This document shows positions 49,547 to 61,620 of a stretch of 64,000 bases of DNA, piece after piece. The DNA comes from Antechinus flavipes (taxonomy: Eukaryota), in contig NC_067402.1 in assembly GCF_016432865.1 (NCBI RefSeq), forward strand, positions 16,926,001 to 16,990,000, in the 5' to 3' direction. Both the position numbers and the translations under genes were made by a program. Below the pieces are notes generated by a model. The model was not told the origin of the DNA. It did no database searches and saw only the letters and a program-made list of their open reading frames with translations. Every line of letters begins with the position of its first letter. The first letter of the stretch is position 1.

Positions 49547-49726
49547 TCCAGTTTCTTAAACTGGTGTTTGCGACCCCAGGCTGGGTATTGTAACAAAATT
49601 ATGATTTATTATCAGATTTATTATCTTTGATTTGTATGCTTATTTTATATATCTATATCCCCAAGGTCATGTAAAATTTCTTAGGTGAAAAGGGACCCCA
49701 AATAGAAAAAAGTTTAAGAAGCCCTG
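49547..49726. mobile_element. Non-autonomous hAT/Charlie-type DNA transposon (MITE)
   Basis: Right TIR agtttaagaagccctg and degenerate left TIR (cag)tttcttaaact. The 8-bp flanks CATTAGAA (49539-49546) and AATTAGAA (49727-49734) have the central TA typical of Charlie TSDs. Confidence 0.65.
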
Positions 49727-50771
49727 AATTAGAACATAAACTTTTGGAGAAGTAGAGATAATTTCATTCTTTGCATTTGGATCTATAGCATTAAGATAAT
49801 AACTGACACATGGTAAATACTTAATAAATACTGGCAGGTTGACTAATTGATGGAAGATAACCTGATATCTCAGAATGGTTGGCCAAGCCAACAAAGCTTT
49901 TTTCTGTTGGATGCCAAAAGAGCCTGTCAGTTAAATATCTCAATGAAAAAACTTGGACAAACTGTCTGTTAGCAAATTGTGTAGATATGGGCACTGTGCT
50001 TTGTCACTGACTTTTAAAAAAATCTCACTTAAAATCTTTACAAGATTTACAAGATTATGGCTTCTGAAATCACGAGGCAGATCAGCGGTGTGAATAGACA
50101 GAGCACTGATTTCAAATCCAGCCTTGAACACTAGTTGTTGTAACTCTAGGCAAATGTTTTAAATGTTTTCTGTCTCAATTTCTTCATCTAAAAAATAGAG
50201 AGACAGGAATAGCACTTACCTCTTAGGGTTGATATGACGATCAAATGAGATAATAATTGTAAAGCACCATACATAATGTTAACAACTTATAGGCCATCTA
50301 GGGATAGTCAACCCCAAAAGAGAAGAATGTGTATATCCTTCCAATTTTTTTTTTCAGGAAACTGAATCAAAGTCCAGTGTTTTTTCTCTAACTCGAAGGA
50401 CAAAGGAAAGGAGAGCGCTTTTCCCCACACAAGACTTCATTGTAAACACAAAGCCCCAAATATCTGATGTGGATTCGATCTTATGTTATCTTTTTGTCTA
50501 TGTCCTGTGTCATGTTGTAGACCAAAGCTCCTTCAAGTCAGGCATAGTATAATGTATAAATGTACAAAGATTTGCATTCCAAGCACTAAGAAGAAAATCT
50601 TTTGACCAGGAAGCAATTCATAAATATCTGCTGAATTTAATGGAATGGGTGCCCGACAAATCGACAGGCAGAGAACCGTTTTCTTAGGGAAAGAGAGAAA
50701 CAACATGAAATTGTACCCAGGTGTCCTTTCTCTCAACATGGCAGGGTCCGAGTAAAGTCATCAGGACTTAC

Positions 50772-50968
50772 CTGTTGGTGTGCTACTGCGAAAGGATGAA
50801 GAGGGAGTGATGGGAGGGGTAACGGGTGGAGTAAGGCTTCCGCTGCTGTGGCGAGGCGGAGTGGACACATTCGCTCGAGACACTGAGCTGGACAGGGTCA
50901 GTGAAAGTTTGGGTTGAATTTTCTTTTTCAAGGATTCTTGCTCACGGCGAGCTGCATCAGTCATAAAT
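50772..50968 (-). CDS. JAZF1: JAZF1 exon 3: (R)FMTDAARREQESLKKKIQPKLSLTLSSSVSRANVSTPPRHSSGSLTPPVTPPITPSSSFRSSTPT(G)
   Basis: CAG acceptor (plus-strand ctg at 50969-50971) and donor CAG|GTAAGT at 50771; 197 nt, phase 2/1. Frame-compatible with exons 4 and 5. Confidence 0.97.
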
Positions 50969-51879
50969 CTGAAACATCAAGAGAAGGTGGGGAAGACAAG
51001 GCAGGAATTGAGTCATTAAGTTTTGCGGAATGCTCAGATACGCTTTTCCTAAAGCAAATGCATCGATAACCCCCCAATCTGAGTTTAACAGATGTCAGGT
51101 GAACAGTACGCATTGTTCAGGTGGGACTCCGTGACTCAAACAAATTCAGTAATTTTATACTAGGGATGGTAGTTGAACCCAGCAAGAATCAGTTCAATTT
51201 AGCCGTGGAAGCAAATTTCAACACAAAAGCTATGATTCTCAAGGAGTCTTTACGGACAGTTCCAGGAAAAGAATGATAACATTGAAGTTTACCATTCCAA
51301 AATTGTGAGTTAGGTTCATGGAAGTGTTCCCACTTTCCCCCCTAGATACTGAATATAAAGAGGGTCGTGCGACCCAGGCTTATTTGACTATATTTATTAT
51401 TCCTAAATTGGTCTTATAGGAATAACTCTGGTATTTTACTTACTTAGTTTTTTTTGGTCCTATTGCTAAGGAAAAGGATATAGTTAAGATCTAAATATGT
51501 CATTGTTATAAGCAAGAGTTCCGTGTAGATAGATGGACACTGGTAGGAGCACAAGAATTAAAGTGATGAGTAGAGAGAGAGCCTCTTGAGTATCATTGCA
51601 GACCTTCTAGTAGGGGGCAAGTTAGAGAGAGTGGTCCAGCCCAGAGAGTAAGCAGCCATACACCTTGTGGGAAATGTGTGCTGCCTATTGGGTCGAAACC
51701 TTGGGTTCCTGCTAAAACAAATGGGTTTGGGTATTTCCCCGCCACTTACATCATACAGTGAGGAAGAGATGCAGACGCTATGCTTGGATATTTGCTTGGC
51801 AATTATTAAGGCAGCAGCTAGGCTAGGGGAGTACAATGCCTCATAGCCATATTTATATATATATGTATTTGTAAGTATG

Positions 51880-52020
51880 TTGTCTCTCTCATTAGAATGT
51901 GAACTACCTGAGGGCAGGGAATAATTCAGTCTTTTTTTTTCTCCGCAACATTATTTAGCACAGTGCTTAGCATATGACTGATGCTTAAATAAAAGATTAT
52001 AGATTTGTTGGTTGGTTAAT
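51880..52020. mobile_element. L2 3' end fragment (one example; others near 28920, 29570, 35180, 43070, 43500, 54700, 58110)
   Basis: tagaatgtgaactacctgagggcaggga...gcacagtgcttagcatatgactgatgcttaaataaa is an L2 terminal motif. Confidence 0.65.
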
Positions 52021-52030
52021 AATGACAAGG

Positions 52031-52187
52031 GGGGGGGGTGCAGCTAGGTGGCTCAGTGGATAGACCCTGAAGTCAGGAGGGCCTGAGTTCAAACCTGACC
52101 TCAGACACTTAATACTTCCTAGCTGTGTGACCCTGGCTGGGCAAGTCACTTAACCCCCATTGCCTCATCAAATTAAAAAAAAAAAAA
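52031..52187 (+). mobile_element. WSINE1-like short CORE-SINE with A-tail
   Basis: gcagctaggtggctcagtggatag...gagttcaaacctgacctcagacact...gcaagtcacttaacccccattgcctc followed by an A-run. ACAAGGGGG flanks both sides (52025-52033, 52187-52195) as a likely TSD. Confidence 0.85.
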
Positions 52188-52204
52188 CAAGGGGGAAATG
52201 AAGG

Positions 52205-52790
52205 TTTTTTTTCCCTTTATTTATTTAGAATTTTATTTTCCCCCAGTTACACATAAAAACTGTTTTTAACGTTTGTTTTTTTTTTTTAAATTTTGGTTTC
52301 AGATTCTCTCCCTTCCTCCTTTCTCCTCCCCACTAATTCAGAAGGCAAGCCATTGGATATGGATTCTACACGTGTAATGATAGAAAACATTTCCATAATG
52401 GTCATACTGTGAAAGAAAACAGAAAAATCCTTCAAAAAAGTTTTTTTTTTACCCTAATGCTATAATCCGTACTTAGACACCATTGAAAAAATGGGCAGCA
52501 TTTTTCATCCTAAATCCTTCCGATTTGTCTTGGACATTATCTTTGAGAGTAACTGTGTCATTCGGGGCTGATCATCTCACAACATTGCTGCTATTTTGTA
52601 CACGGATCACGAGCTGTTCATTTCTTATAGCACATTAATTTTCCATCCCAATCACACACTCCAATTTGTTCAGCCTTTCTCCCATGGACGGACATTCCCT
52701 CAATTTCCAATTCTTTGACCCCAGAAAAGAGCGCTTATAAATCTGTTTGTGCGCATGGTCCTTCCCCTTTTTCTTTTACAGTCTTTTCTA
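52205..52790 (-). mobile_element. Old marsupial L1 3' end
   Basis: tttatttagaattttattttcccccagttaca...gatcatctcacaacattgctg...ccaattccccaat-like motifs, antisense. Boundaries are approximate. Confidence 0.65.
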
Positions 52791-53099
52791 GGGTAGTTAC
52801 CCTAGGGCTGGGGTTGCTAACCTGGGGACTGTGAACTTGGTTTTTTAAACTACTTGGATAGCTGCATTTGAATATAATTAATTTCCTTAGATCCCAGTGT
52901 TCCATTTCACGCATTCAAGACCACTGTTGTGAGAGCGGAGCTGTATGTTTAAGGGGGCCAAAAGGTGAAGAACCTCCGAGGGCAGGGGGACCCCACAATG
53001 AAACACCCAGCAAGTCATCTGTGGATCTTTTGTCATTTTCATTGTGACATCAATAGATAGTACGGAAATATTCCAGAACGGAGTTTCCAAAACACACGT

Positions 53100-54400
53100 A
53101 CGATGTTCCTTGGGCGGGGGAGAGCGGTTAACCTCGATGTTACGGTGAGAAAGAAGGGCCGATTATGGAGCTGCGGCTTTTCCAGGGATTGCCCGAGCCG
53201 CCTCCCTCCGAAGGGAGCCTCCCGGCGCAGTCCCATCAAATGCCGGGGAAACAGTCACCTGGGAACGGCGTCGGAACATTGTCCTTTTAACGCCGGAGCC
53301 GCCACCACACACTCCCCCTCCCGAGAGGCCTTTTGCAACAATCTAGAGGCGTAAAGAGGGACTTTGATATGTTTAAGCCACTGGCAGTAAAGGCTGGAGA
53401 GGACGGAGGGGCCCCTGAGTCAGAAAGAGGAGGGAGAAACGATAAGAGAGGGGGAGCAAAAGCAAGGAAGAGAATGAGAATGAATTGGGGAGGGGAGAGA
53501 AGAGGAAAAAAAGGAGGGAGACAAGAGAGGAAGAAGGAATGAGAGAAGGGGGAGCCACGAGGGAAAAGATAGAGGGCGAGGGAGAAAAGAGGAGGAGGGA
53601 GAGAGGGAGATGGAGTGAAAAAGAGAAAGAGGGAGGGAGAGAGGAAAAAGGAGGGAGAAGAGAGAGGGAGAGGGAGAGAGGAGGATGGAGAATGAAAAAA
53701 GGAGAGAAAGAGCTGGAGGGAGAGAGGAAAAGCGATGGAAGGAGAGAGGGACACTAAGCCCTTCGTGTCCTGCCCTTTCCTCTACTGCTCTTAAGCTTCC
53801 TTGTGCCTTCATTTATTCTGTATCTCCCCATAATCAGTAGATACGTGTTCTCTCTCCTGATAGAACACAAATTCACCGATTGTCTCCTTTTTGCCTCCAT
53901 GAATTTCCTATAGCTCCTCTGGCTCCCGCCTCCCCCCCCCCCCCCCCCCCTTGGCATCTTTAAGCCCCACCTCTCGGCCAGAGGGATGGGGCAGTGGCTG
54001 GAATGCAAATCCTGGACCCCGTGACCTAAAACAGGGCTAAGGGCAGTTCCCTCTCCCGGGTGCTTGAGCATCCCCCGGAGCCCGGATTTCCCAGCGCGCC
54101 CCTGGGCCCTGCCACGGCTGCTGCGGCCAATTCCCCTGGGCTCCGACAGGACCACACCCAGGCCGCATCCCCCTTCTGAGGGCTACCTTTGCCCCGCCCC
54201 CATTCTCTCGGGCCCAGGCTGGACCCTTGCTGATTGGCGGGCTGACCGGAAGGAAGGCTGGGGGACGAAGCTCCCTAAGGATGGGTCCGATCGGACCCCC
54301 AGAGCGCGAGGCCACCCACGAACACATGACGTCCGAGCCTCTGCCCCCCCCCCCCCCCCCGCCCCCCGACTGCCCTTGCCCAGGCAGGAGCAATAATTCC
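53100..54400. promoter_or_regulatory. CpG-rich, promoter-like patch in JAZF1 intron 2
   Basis: GC box at 54191-54200, ATTGG at 54233-54237, TGACGTC at 54327-54333, poly-C runs at 53932-53950 and 54344-54360, and raised CpG density. Confidence 0.4.
53420..53750. repeat. Polypurine (GA-rich) low-complexity tract
   Basis: Read directly; almost exclusively G and A on the + strand. Confidence 0.93.
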
Positions 54401-57400
54401 CACTTGGAAGTCTGGGTATTCATTTTTTTTCTTTTTGGCCGTGGGTCTGGTTGTAACTAAGATGAAAACCAGCTCCCCTCCTCACAAACCAGTCATAAAC
54501 GGTGAATTCTGCAAGATACAAAAAAAGATCTGCTTTTTTGGAGGCGAGATGGATCTGAGGGAGCAAAATGTTCCCAAATCATACCCAGGTCTCTCCCCCA
54601 GCTAAGGGAAAGGGAGGAAGGAGGGCACTGATATTTTCCAAAGTAAGCTTCTCTGATGGATCGGGGATCACCGGCTGCATCTTGCCTCCGTTCTGACAAA
54701 GTATGTCAATCAACAAGCAATTATTAAGCACCTATGATATACCAGGCACTAGTTGAGTTGCTGGGGAGACCAAAGCAAACCTGAAATGTGTCCCTGAGAA
54801 GCTGACAAGTTTTAGGACACAAAAAAGCATTGGGGGGTGAGCCTGCAGAGAATGACAAAGTAAATGAGGTCGTGGTTTTTTTTGGAGGGGAAGTTGCCTT
54901 CACTAATGCACCAGCCCTGCAGCTTGTTTTTAGAGACCCCCAGAAGCTGCACCGTTTGTTGTCCAGGGCCAGAGCCTGGACCTGAAGTTAGGCCTTCCGG
55001 GCTCTGAGGCGGCCTAGCAATCTAGGCCGTGGTGTCTCTTGGCTCTGAAAAGGCCCCTCCAAGAGAAGGGGGGCAGCTCTTCTAAGGGCACTCAGAGCCA
55101 CTCTCAGGAGCCGTTTCTGCCCGTCTCGCCCCCTCCTGCTCTCCATACCCGACTCTCTGACAGGGATAACTTTCCAGCCTTCCCAGAGAACATCAATCAT
55201 TTGATAATGAGATATTATCGGTAAAGCTGACACACAATACCAAAATACTTTGGGCTGGTGGGTTCCCCAACCCAAGTCTGGGGTTCACCCACTGTCCCAC
55301 ACTGCCTTTAGCTGGCTGCTAGCGGATCTGGGGGCCAATGCTACGGGCAAGGAGAGACTCGGGGGGATGCTGGCTTGAGGGGGAACTGACTGAAAGGGTC
55401 TGATGCCAGCCCCGAACCAAAGACCCCCAATCTGAATGTCTCCAGAAAACAAAACAGCTTCCCATCAAAAAGGCCAGCCTGTTACTAAGCCCCGGAGGAA
55501 TTATAAAGACTTCTTGGCAGACAGGCCTTGTTAAGTGGATCCCAGCCAAGACACATGATGTCATTGGAAGATATTAATAATAACGAGATCTGGACTTGTC
55601 TACCCAACTGAAGAACTCTGAGCTGGGAAGGGCCCCTGGGGCTGTCTAGCTTACCACAGTCATTTTGCACAGAAGGAAACTGAGGATCAGGCCTGGCCAC
55701 GTCTGAGTCTCTGAGTAAGGCAGCCAGGGAAGTCCATCCCCCACTTCCCACCATGTCGCCTGTGTCTCCTTGTTCCTCCCAGGCAATCTGACCTTGGCCA
55801 AAGACTCCCTCATGTGCCAACCTGAAAATCTGCGTAGCACTTGAAGGTTTTCAAAGTACTTTATTTCTATTTTTTTTTCATTTAATCCTGACAACCACTC
55901 TGGGAAGTGGGTGGTATAATGACCCCCCATTTTACAGTTGAAGAAACTAAGGCAGACAGAGGGTTAGTGAGTTGATCACTGGCTGTGAATTTCTCTTCCA
56001 CGCTCCCCCACCAGTATGAAAATCAGTGACTTTTCTGACTTTATTCAGATGTCAGACTCACCCACAAAAGCTAGCCTGTGCACCCGCAGGTTGGGGACTA
56101 GAGTCGTAGAAGGGGACCAAAGAAAATCCTTTTTGGGGCCTCCTACTGGGGGAGGCCAGCCAAGGCCAGGCAAGCTTTTTCATCCATCCATTCATTCATT
56201 TGCTACAAGATCTGAACCCAAAGGTTCAGTGACCATCAAGTTTGATCTCTTCACTTTATAGATAAGAACCAGGTCTTGATGACAGAGATCTGCTCTCCCT
56301 CTCATACCTAGGAAGGGGAAAGACAGTGTTCACACCATCCCACTCCAGCCTAGCTGCCCACAGGGGATTTTTCCTGGCCACAGACACTTGGCTCTGTCAC
56401 CCCCGTGGAGCTGACCCCTTGTGGCTGCTCAGATACTTGGGTAACATTATTTTTTAAGGCTCATGGGCATGGGGGGAAACTTGATAGTTTCCTAAGATAC
56501 TGACCATAGGGAAAGATGGAACAAGAAGGGATACAGGGAGTAAGTGAAGGAGACTCCTCCCCTCCAGGAAACAAGGGCTCCCTGAGAAGATGGGTTGGGA
56601 AGTTTTCATCATTAAGTTGAATCTTTTCAATTGCTGGATAGCCCAGAAATCTTGTCCCTAGAAAAGTAATATGCTCATTTCAAAATGAAAGCTGATTCTA
56701 AGATTCATTTTGGGAAATGCCCAAGCTGCTTAAATTAAAATGATTATTTGAGGACATATTTGCTTTAGGTAAGAGATATTGGCCTTAAGCAAATTTTCAC
56801 CTGCATTAAAAATCTTTAAAATCCTTAGACTACTATGTTCATTCAGTTTGATATAGTAATTTGGGGTACCACAGGAGTAAGAAATAATTACTTGTTCAAA
56901 CCATCCCCCAAATTCACAGAAATATACAGTTATAGGCCGGAACTTCTCGTCGACACCCATTCCACGAATATTTCTCAAATGCTATTTTCAGCATAGTTTG
57001 GGATTTGGAAATGGAAAAGGTCAATGGTTATAGGCTCCTCAGAAGGTCTATACCTGGGTATCATGAATCTTAAACATTATTATAGATTTAACCAACTTTA
57101 ACATTACAATAAATCAAAAAACAGGAAAGAGGATTGCATATGAAATTGTGAACTATTGAATTCCTTTTTCAGGAAAAAAACTGGAAGGAACTAGACATGA
57201 TGAGCCGTGAACAATGTCCCCCTCCTCCCAATGAAAGTGACTGAATGGACAGAGAACAACTGGCTACCAGTGGAAAAAGCTTCCACAACAGTAGTCCGTG
57301 CAATCAGATCATAGACTGGTTAAAGCAAAAAACAAAACACATCAAATGGGGAGAAAGGATACAAGCAAGATGGCAGTTATGATTCTTCATTTTGACCTAT

Positions 57401-57876
57401 TTAAATGAGCCAAAAAATAGGAAATAACTAAAGGAAAGGACACAGACACCATTTATCAACATTATCTCTCGATGCAAAACTGGAATAAAGTACCATGATC
57501 AAGAGGCCAGAAAAGACAAGAACCAAACCCCACTGGTCAACACTTGATCTCCTCGCTAAGCAGAACATGGCAGCCATAGGTTAACAAATCTGGTTGACAA
57601 TATAAACTCATCTGTGAAATAGGGAGGAGAATGGGAGGGAAAATTCACAGCTTGTTACGTTTTGGAAAATAATGAAGAATGATGAAAGAAAATGTATCTG
57701 CTGGATCATAATGGCATAAAACTCAAGTAAGCTATATCATTACAGATGAGATGGGAAATAGGTCACCAAAGAGAACAAGAAAGGAACAGCTCTAGCAAGA
57801 TTCCTGTAACATTTTTCCTTTCATTACCTTGGACAGCAGAACCATTGCATTGAGATGATACTTCTCACTCAGTCCC

Positions 57877-58016
57877 CTGAGGCAACTGGAGTTAAGTGAC
57901 TTGCTCAAGGTCACACAGCCAGGAAGTGTTACAGGTCTGAGGCCAAATTTGAACTCAGGTCCTCCTAACTTCAGGACTGGTGCTCTATCCACTGCGCCAC
58001 CTAGCTGCCCCCCCCC
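57877..58016 (-). mobile_element. WSINE1-like short CORE-SINE
   Basis: Reverse complement of the same consensus (gctctatccactgcgccacctagctgcccc at the right end). Confidence 0.85.
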
Positions 58017-58528
58017 ATTCTTTATGAAAAATTAAAACTGCCACTAAAATGATAAATTTTGTAAGAATTGGTCCATACGAATTTCACAAAAAAGAAACAA
58101 TGAAAACTCATTTAATAAACGCTTACTCTGTGCCACACACTATGGATTAAAAAACAAAGGCAAGATGGTCCTTGTTCTCATGGGGAAAGAACTCATACCG
58201 GAGAAGAGTAGACAGCGAAGGGTGTTTAAGCTGGGATGTCATAGGGATAGCCAATAAAACTCACTAAGGTAACGCACCCACCCACTTTCCAGAATATACA
58301 CTTGGGGCAAGTAGGACAATAGCCAGAGAACAAATGGATACACCTGGTCTCGGGAAGTCTAGAACAGAGGGTTCTGGCTCCAAGGCATGATCCTTGAGGA
58401 TTTTTTTCGAGGATGTTGCAATGTCATGGTAGAGAATTGCTGAAATTTATTCTGATGGCAACGAAAGTTTGAAAGCATTGGGTGATTTTTCAAGGTATCG
58501 GAAAGAGAACAAGATAGTCTTTTCTCTC

Positions 58529-58818
58529 TTTTTTTGGGAGACTGTTTCCCCCTCTTGCCTAGGCTGGAAATTCAATGGTTCATGGATCCAACTCCACTGT
58601 TCTTGTATACAGAAGCCTTGACCTGTTCCATTTCTGCCTGCCCTGGCTTGCCCCTCCTAGGGAGCTTGATACCTCTCTGCTCTCACCATTGCATTGGTGA
58701 TGGACTTCAGGCACCCAACTGCTTTCAACCCTATTGCATTCAGTATCCCCAAACCGAAAAGCAATCCAGCTGCCTCAGTCTCCCCAGAAGCAGGGATGAC
58801 AGGCACGTCCCACCTGAC
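58529..58818 (-). pseudogene. Full-length, diverged 7SL (SRP) RNA-derived retrocopy or SINE (P7SL-like marsupial family)
   Basis: The minus strand has three 7SL-like parts: Alu-domain 5' part GGTGGGACGTGCCTGTCATCCCTGCTTCTGGGGAGACTGAGGC, S-domain helix 8 region CCTAGGAGGGGCAAGCCAGGGCAGGCAGAAATGGAACAGGTCAAG, and 3' part TTCCAGCCTAGGCAAG...GTCTCCC followed by an A-tail. About 290 bp. Confidence 0.85.
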
Positions 58819-59694
58819 AGATGAGGGGGCAGCAGACGTGTGATTCCTTCTCAAGGGGCCAGAGAAAATCTTTTGCATTTTGTCCCGTTGGCACTGGGTT
58901 TTAAAAGCTAATTAATGGCTTGGGAGACAGTATGAAGTCCCTGGTTGTGATAAAAGGTCCTGCCCAAGCCATCCTTTGAGAAGCAGCATGGGCTATTAAA
59001 ATACAAGGGAACATTTAAGAGTTTCTTTTATATTTTCCATGTCCCTTCCAGCAGTAATTTTATCAATTGGCTTTGAGGGAAGGAGGAGGGGAGAAAGGAA
59101 AAAGGGCAGACACTGTAGAATCCCACAAGTTCCAATTCTGGCAACTGATCCCTCCAGACAAAGAGATTTCTCAAGTAACAGAGACAGATCCATCGAAAAC
59201 CCAACTGGACAAGCTCCGAGCATCTTTTCTTTGGCTATTGCGGCGCTGGAGCCTGTGAGGATATGGGAAGAAGCTGGGCCAGGAGGAAAGCTGAAATATG
59301 CCGTATTGTATTAGAACAGAGGGCATGAGAAATGTCAAGAGGATTACTGGGTATGTTTCATGATGGAGTCACGTGTGGCCCACATGTCAAAGGATCCGGC
59401 TGCTTCTCCAAGGATGAGCATTCCGAGCAGAAGGCACATCTGCTGGCAAAGTCAGGGGCTGCTTCCCCATGTTTGAGCAGCAACTTACACCCGTGGTTAA
59501 ATTGAACATGGATCGGATTCAACAGCCGGCTGGTGAAATATAACCTGAAAACAGCAAGGAGTGTACATTTCGGGAGTGTTAATTCATTAGGGGGATTTTC
59601 TGTCTGAATGATCTGCAAAACATGATTAGAAACATATTCCTTTTTAGGAAGAAGAAGAAAGGCCGTGTAAAAGAAAAAAAGGGGCATTATAATT

Positions 59695-61620
59695 TTAAAA
59701 ATATTTTATTTCATTAAATATTTTTGAATTACATGTAAATTTTTAACAATATATATTTTTTAATTATGAGTTTCAAATTTTCTTTCCTTCTCACCCTTCC
59801 TTCCTCCTTGAGAAGGCAAGCAATTTGATCTCGATTATACATGTGAGGTCATGCAAAAACATTTCCATATTAGCCATACTGCAAAAAAAAAACACAAACA
59901 AAAAAATCCCAACAAAGATATTCTCCAATCTGCACTCAGATTCCATCAGATTTCTTTCTGGAGGTGAATAGCCTTCTTCATCATGGAACCTTTGAGAGTG
60001 TTTTGGATCAGTGTCTTGAGCAGAGGAGCCAGGTCTTTCACAGTTGATCACTGTACAATGTTGTTACACTGTGCAATGTTCTTCTGGTTCTGCTCATTTC
60101 CCTTTGCGCCATTTCATGTAAGTCTTCCCAGGTTTTCTGTTCATCATTTCTTTTAGCACAATAACATTCCGTCAAAATCATATATCACAACTTGTTCATT
60201 CATTCCCCGATTGATAGGCAATCCTTGATGTCCAATTCTTTGCCACCACAGAGTTGTTTTTTCCCCTTTTCTCTGATTCCTTTAGGATACAGAACTCAAA
60301 GGGTATACACAGTTTTACAGTCCTCGAGGCATTGTTCCAAATTGTCTCCAATGATTGGACTGGCTTACAACTCTACCAACAATGCATTAGACTCCCAATT
60401 TCTTCACATCCTTGCCAGCATTTGTCACTTTCCTTTTCTATTAGCCAATCTGAGAGATGTGTGATCCCTCAGAGTTGTTTTAATTTGCATTTTTCTAATT
60501 AGTTTGGAAGGAAAGTGAGGGAGAGGAGAGGTATCAGACTGACTACCAAACTGAAGGTCTGTTACAGGCCATTGTGCTGACCTCACTGCTGCATGTCTGT
60601 AAAACCTGAATATTCTACCAGCCCCATGCCAGGAAACTGAATTGCTTCTGTTTGAGCTGCCTCAGGAAGATTCTGGTAGGATAAAGTGCCAGACATGAAG
60701 GTTCTTTCTAGAATTAAACTGCCGAGCACGCCAACTCTACTGCAGAGGGCACAACTCCACTGGGCTGGCCCCATGGTTGCAATGCCAAATGTATGTTTGC
60801 AAAAAAAAAAACATTAATATAGAACTCATACAAGAAAAGTGCCCATAAGGTGGTCAGAAAAAGCAATACAAGGACACTCTCAGAGTATCTCTTTAGAATT
60901 TTAGAATCGATTGTATGACATGGGAGACACTGGCACAGGACCGCCTGGCATAGCATGCCCTCATCAGAGAAATTGCTGTGCTCTATAGGCAAAGCGGAAT
61001 TGAATTAGCCCAAAAGAAACACTAGATGTGCAAAATTAGAGAATCCACCCCAAATATGCATAGGGACTATTTGTGTCTGCCCTGTAGCAGAGCACTCCGA
61101 GCTGCAGCTGGACACACTGTAACTCAACACTAACATTGTGATATCATTTCAGTCCTCTTTGAGAATGAAGGACAACAAGCGATAGATGTGTTGTTCTTCA
61201 GAGTTGTTTTAATTTGTATTTTTCTAGTCAGTAGTGATTTACAACAGTCATGTGACTATTGATAGCTTGATTTCTTCTGAAAACTGCCTGTTCATATCCT
61301 TTGATCATTTAGCAATTGGGGAATAGTTCTTGTTTTTATAAATTTGGCCCAGTTTTTTATATATTTGAGAAATGAGACCTTTATCAAAGAAATTTACTAC
61401 AAAATTTTCTCCATTTTCATGCTTTCCCTCTAATTTTGGTTGCATTAGTTTTTTTTTTGTGTGTGTGTGCAAAAGCCTTTTAATTTCTTGTAATCAAAAT
61501 GATCAATTTTATTTCTTATAATCTTCTCTATCTCTTGTTTAGTTACAATCTCCTCCCTTTTCCTTAGATCTGATAGATATATTTTCCCATGTTTCTCTAA
61601 TTTACTGATGATAACCCTCC
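59695..61620 (-). mobile_element. Old marsupial L1 3' region, split by an RTE insertion at 60504-61180
   Basis: Antisense L1 sequence (cagagttgttttaatttgcattt...gaaaactgcctgttcatatcctttga) continues collinearly on both sides of the RTE. Confidence 0.75.
60504..61180 (+). mobile_element. RTE-clade LINE 3' fragment (marsupial RTE family, not BovB)
   Basis: The degraded frame resembles RTE ORF C-termini (GIRLTTKLKV.RAIVLTSLL...WQDKVPDMKVLSR.KLPS...WAGPM..MP...KKQYKDTLRVSL.NFRIDC.TWETLAQDRLA). It ends in the gtcctctttgagaatgaaggacaacaa tail. Confidence 0.88.
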
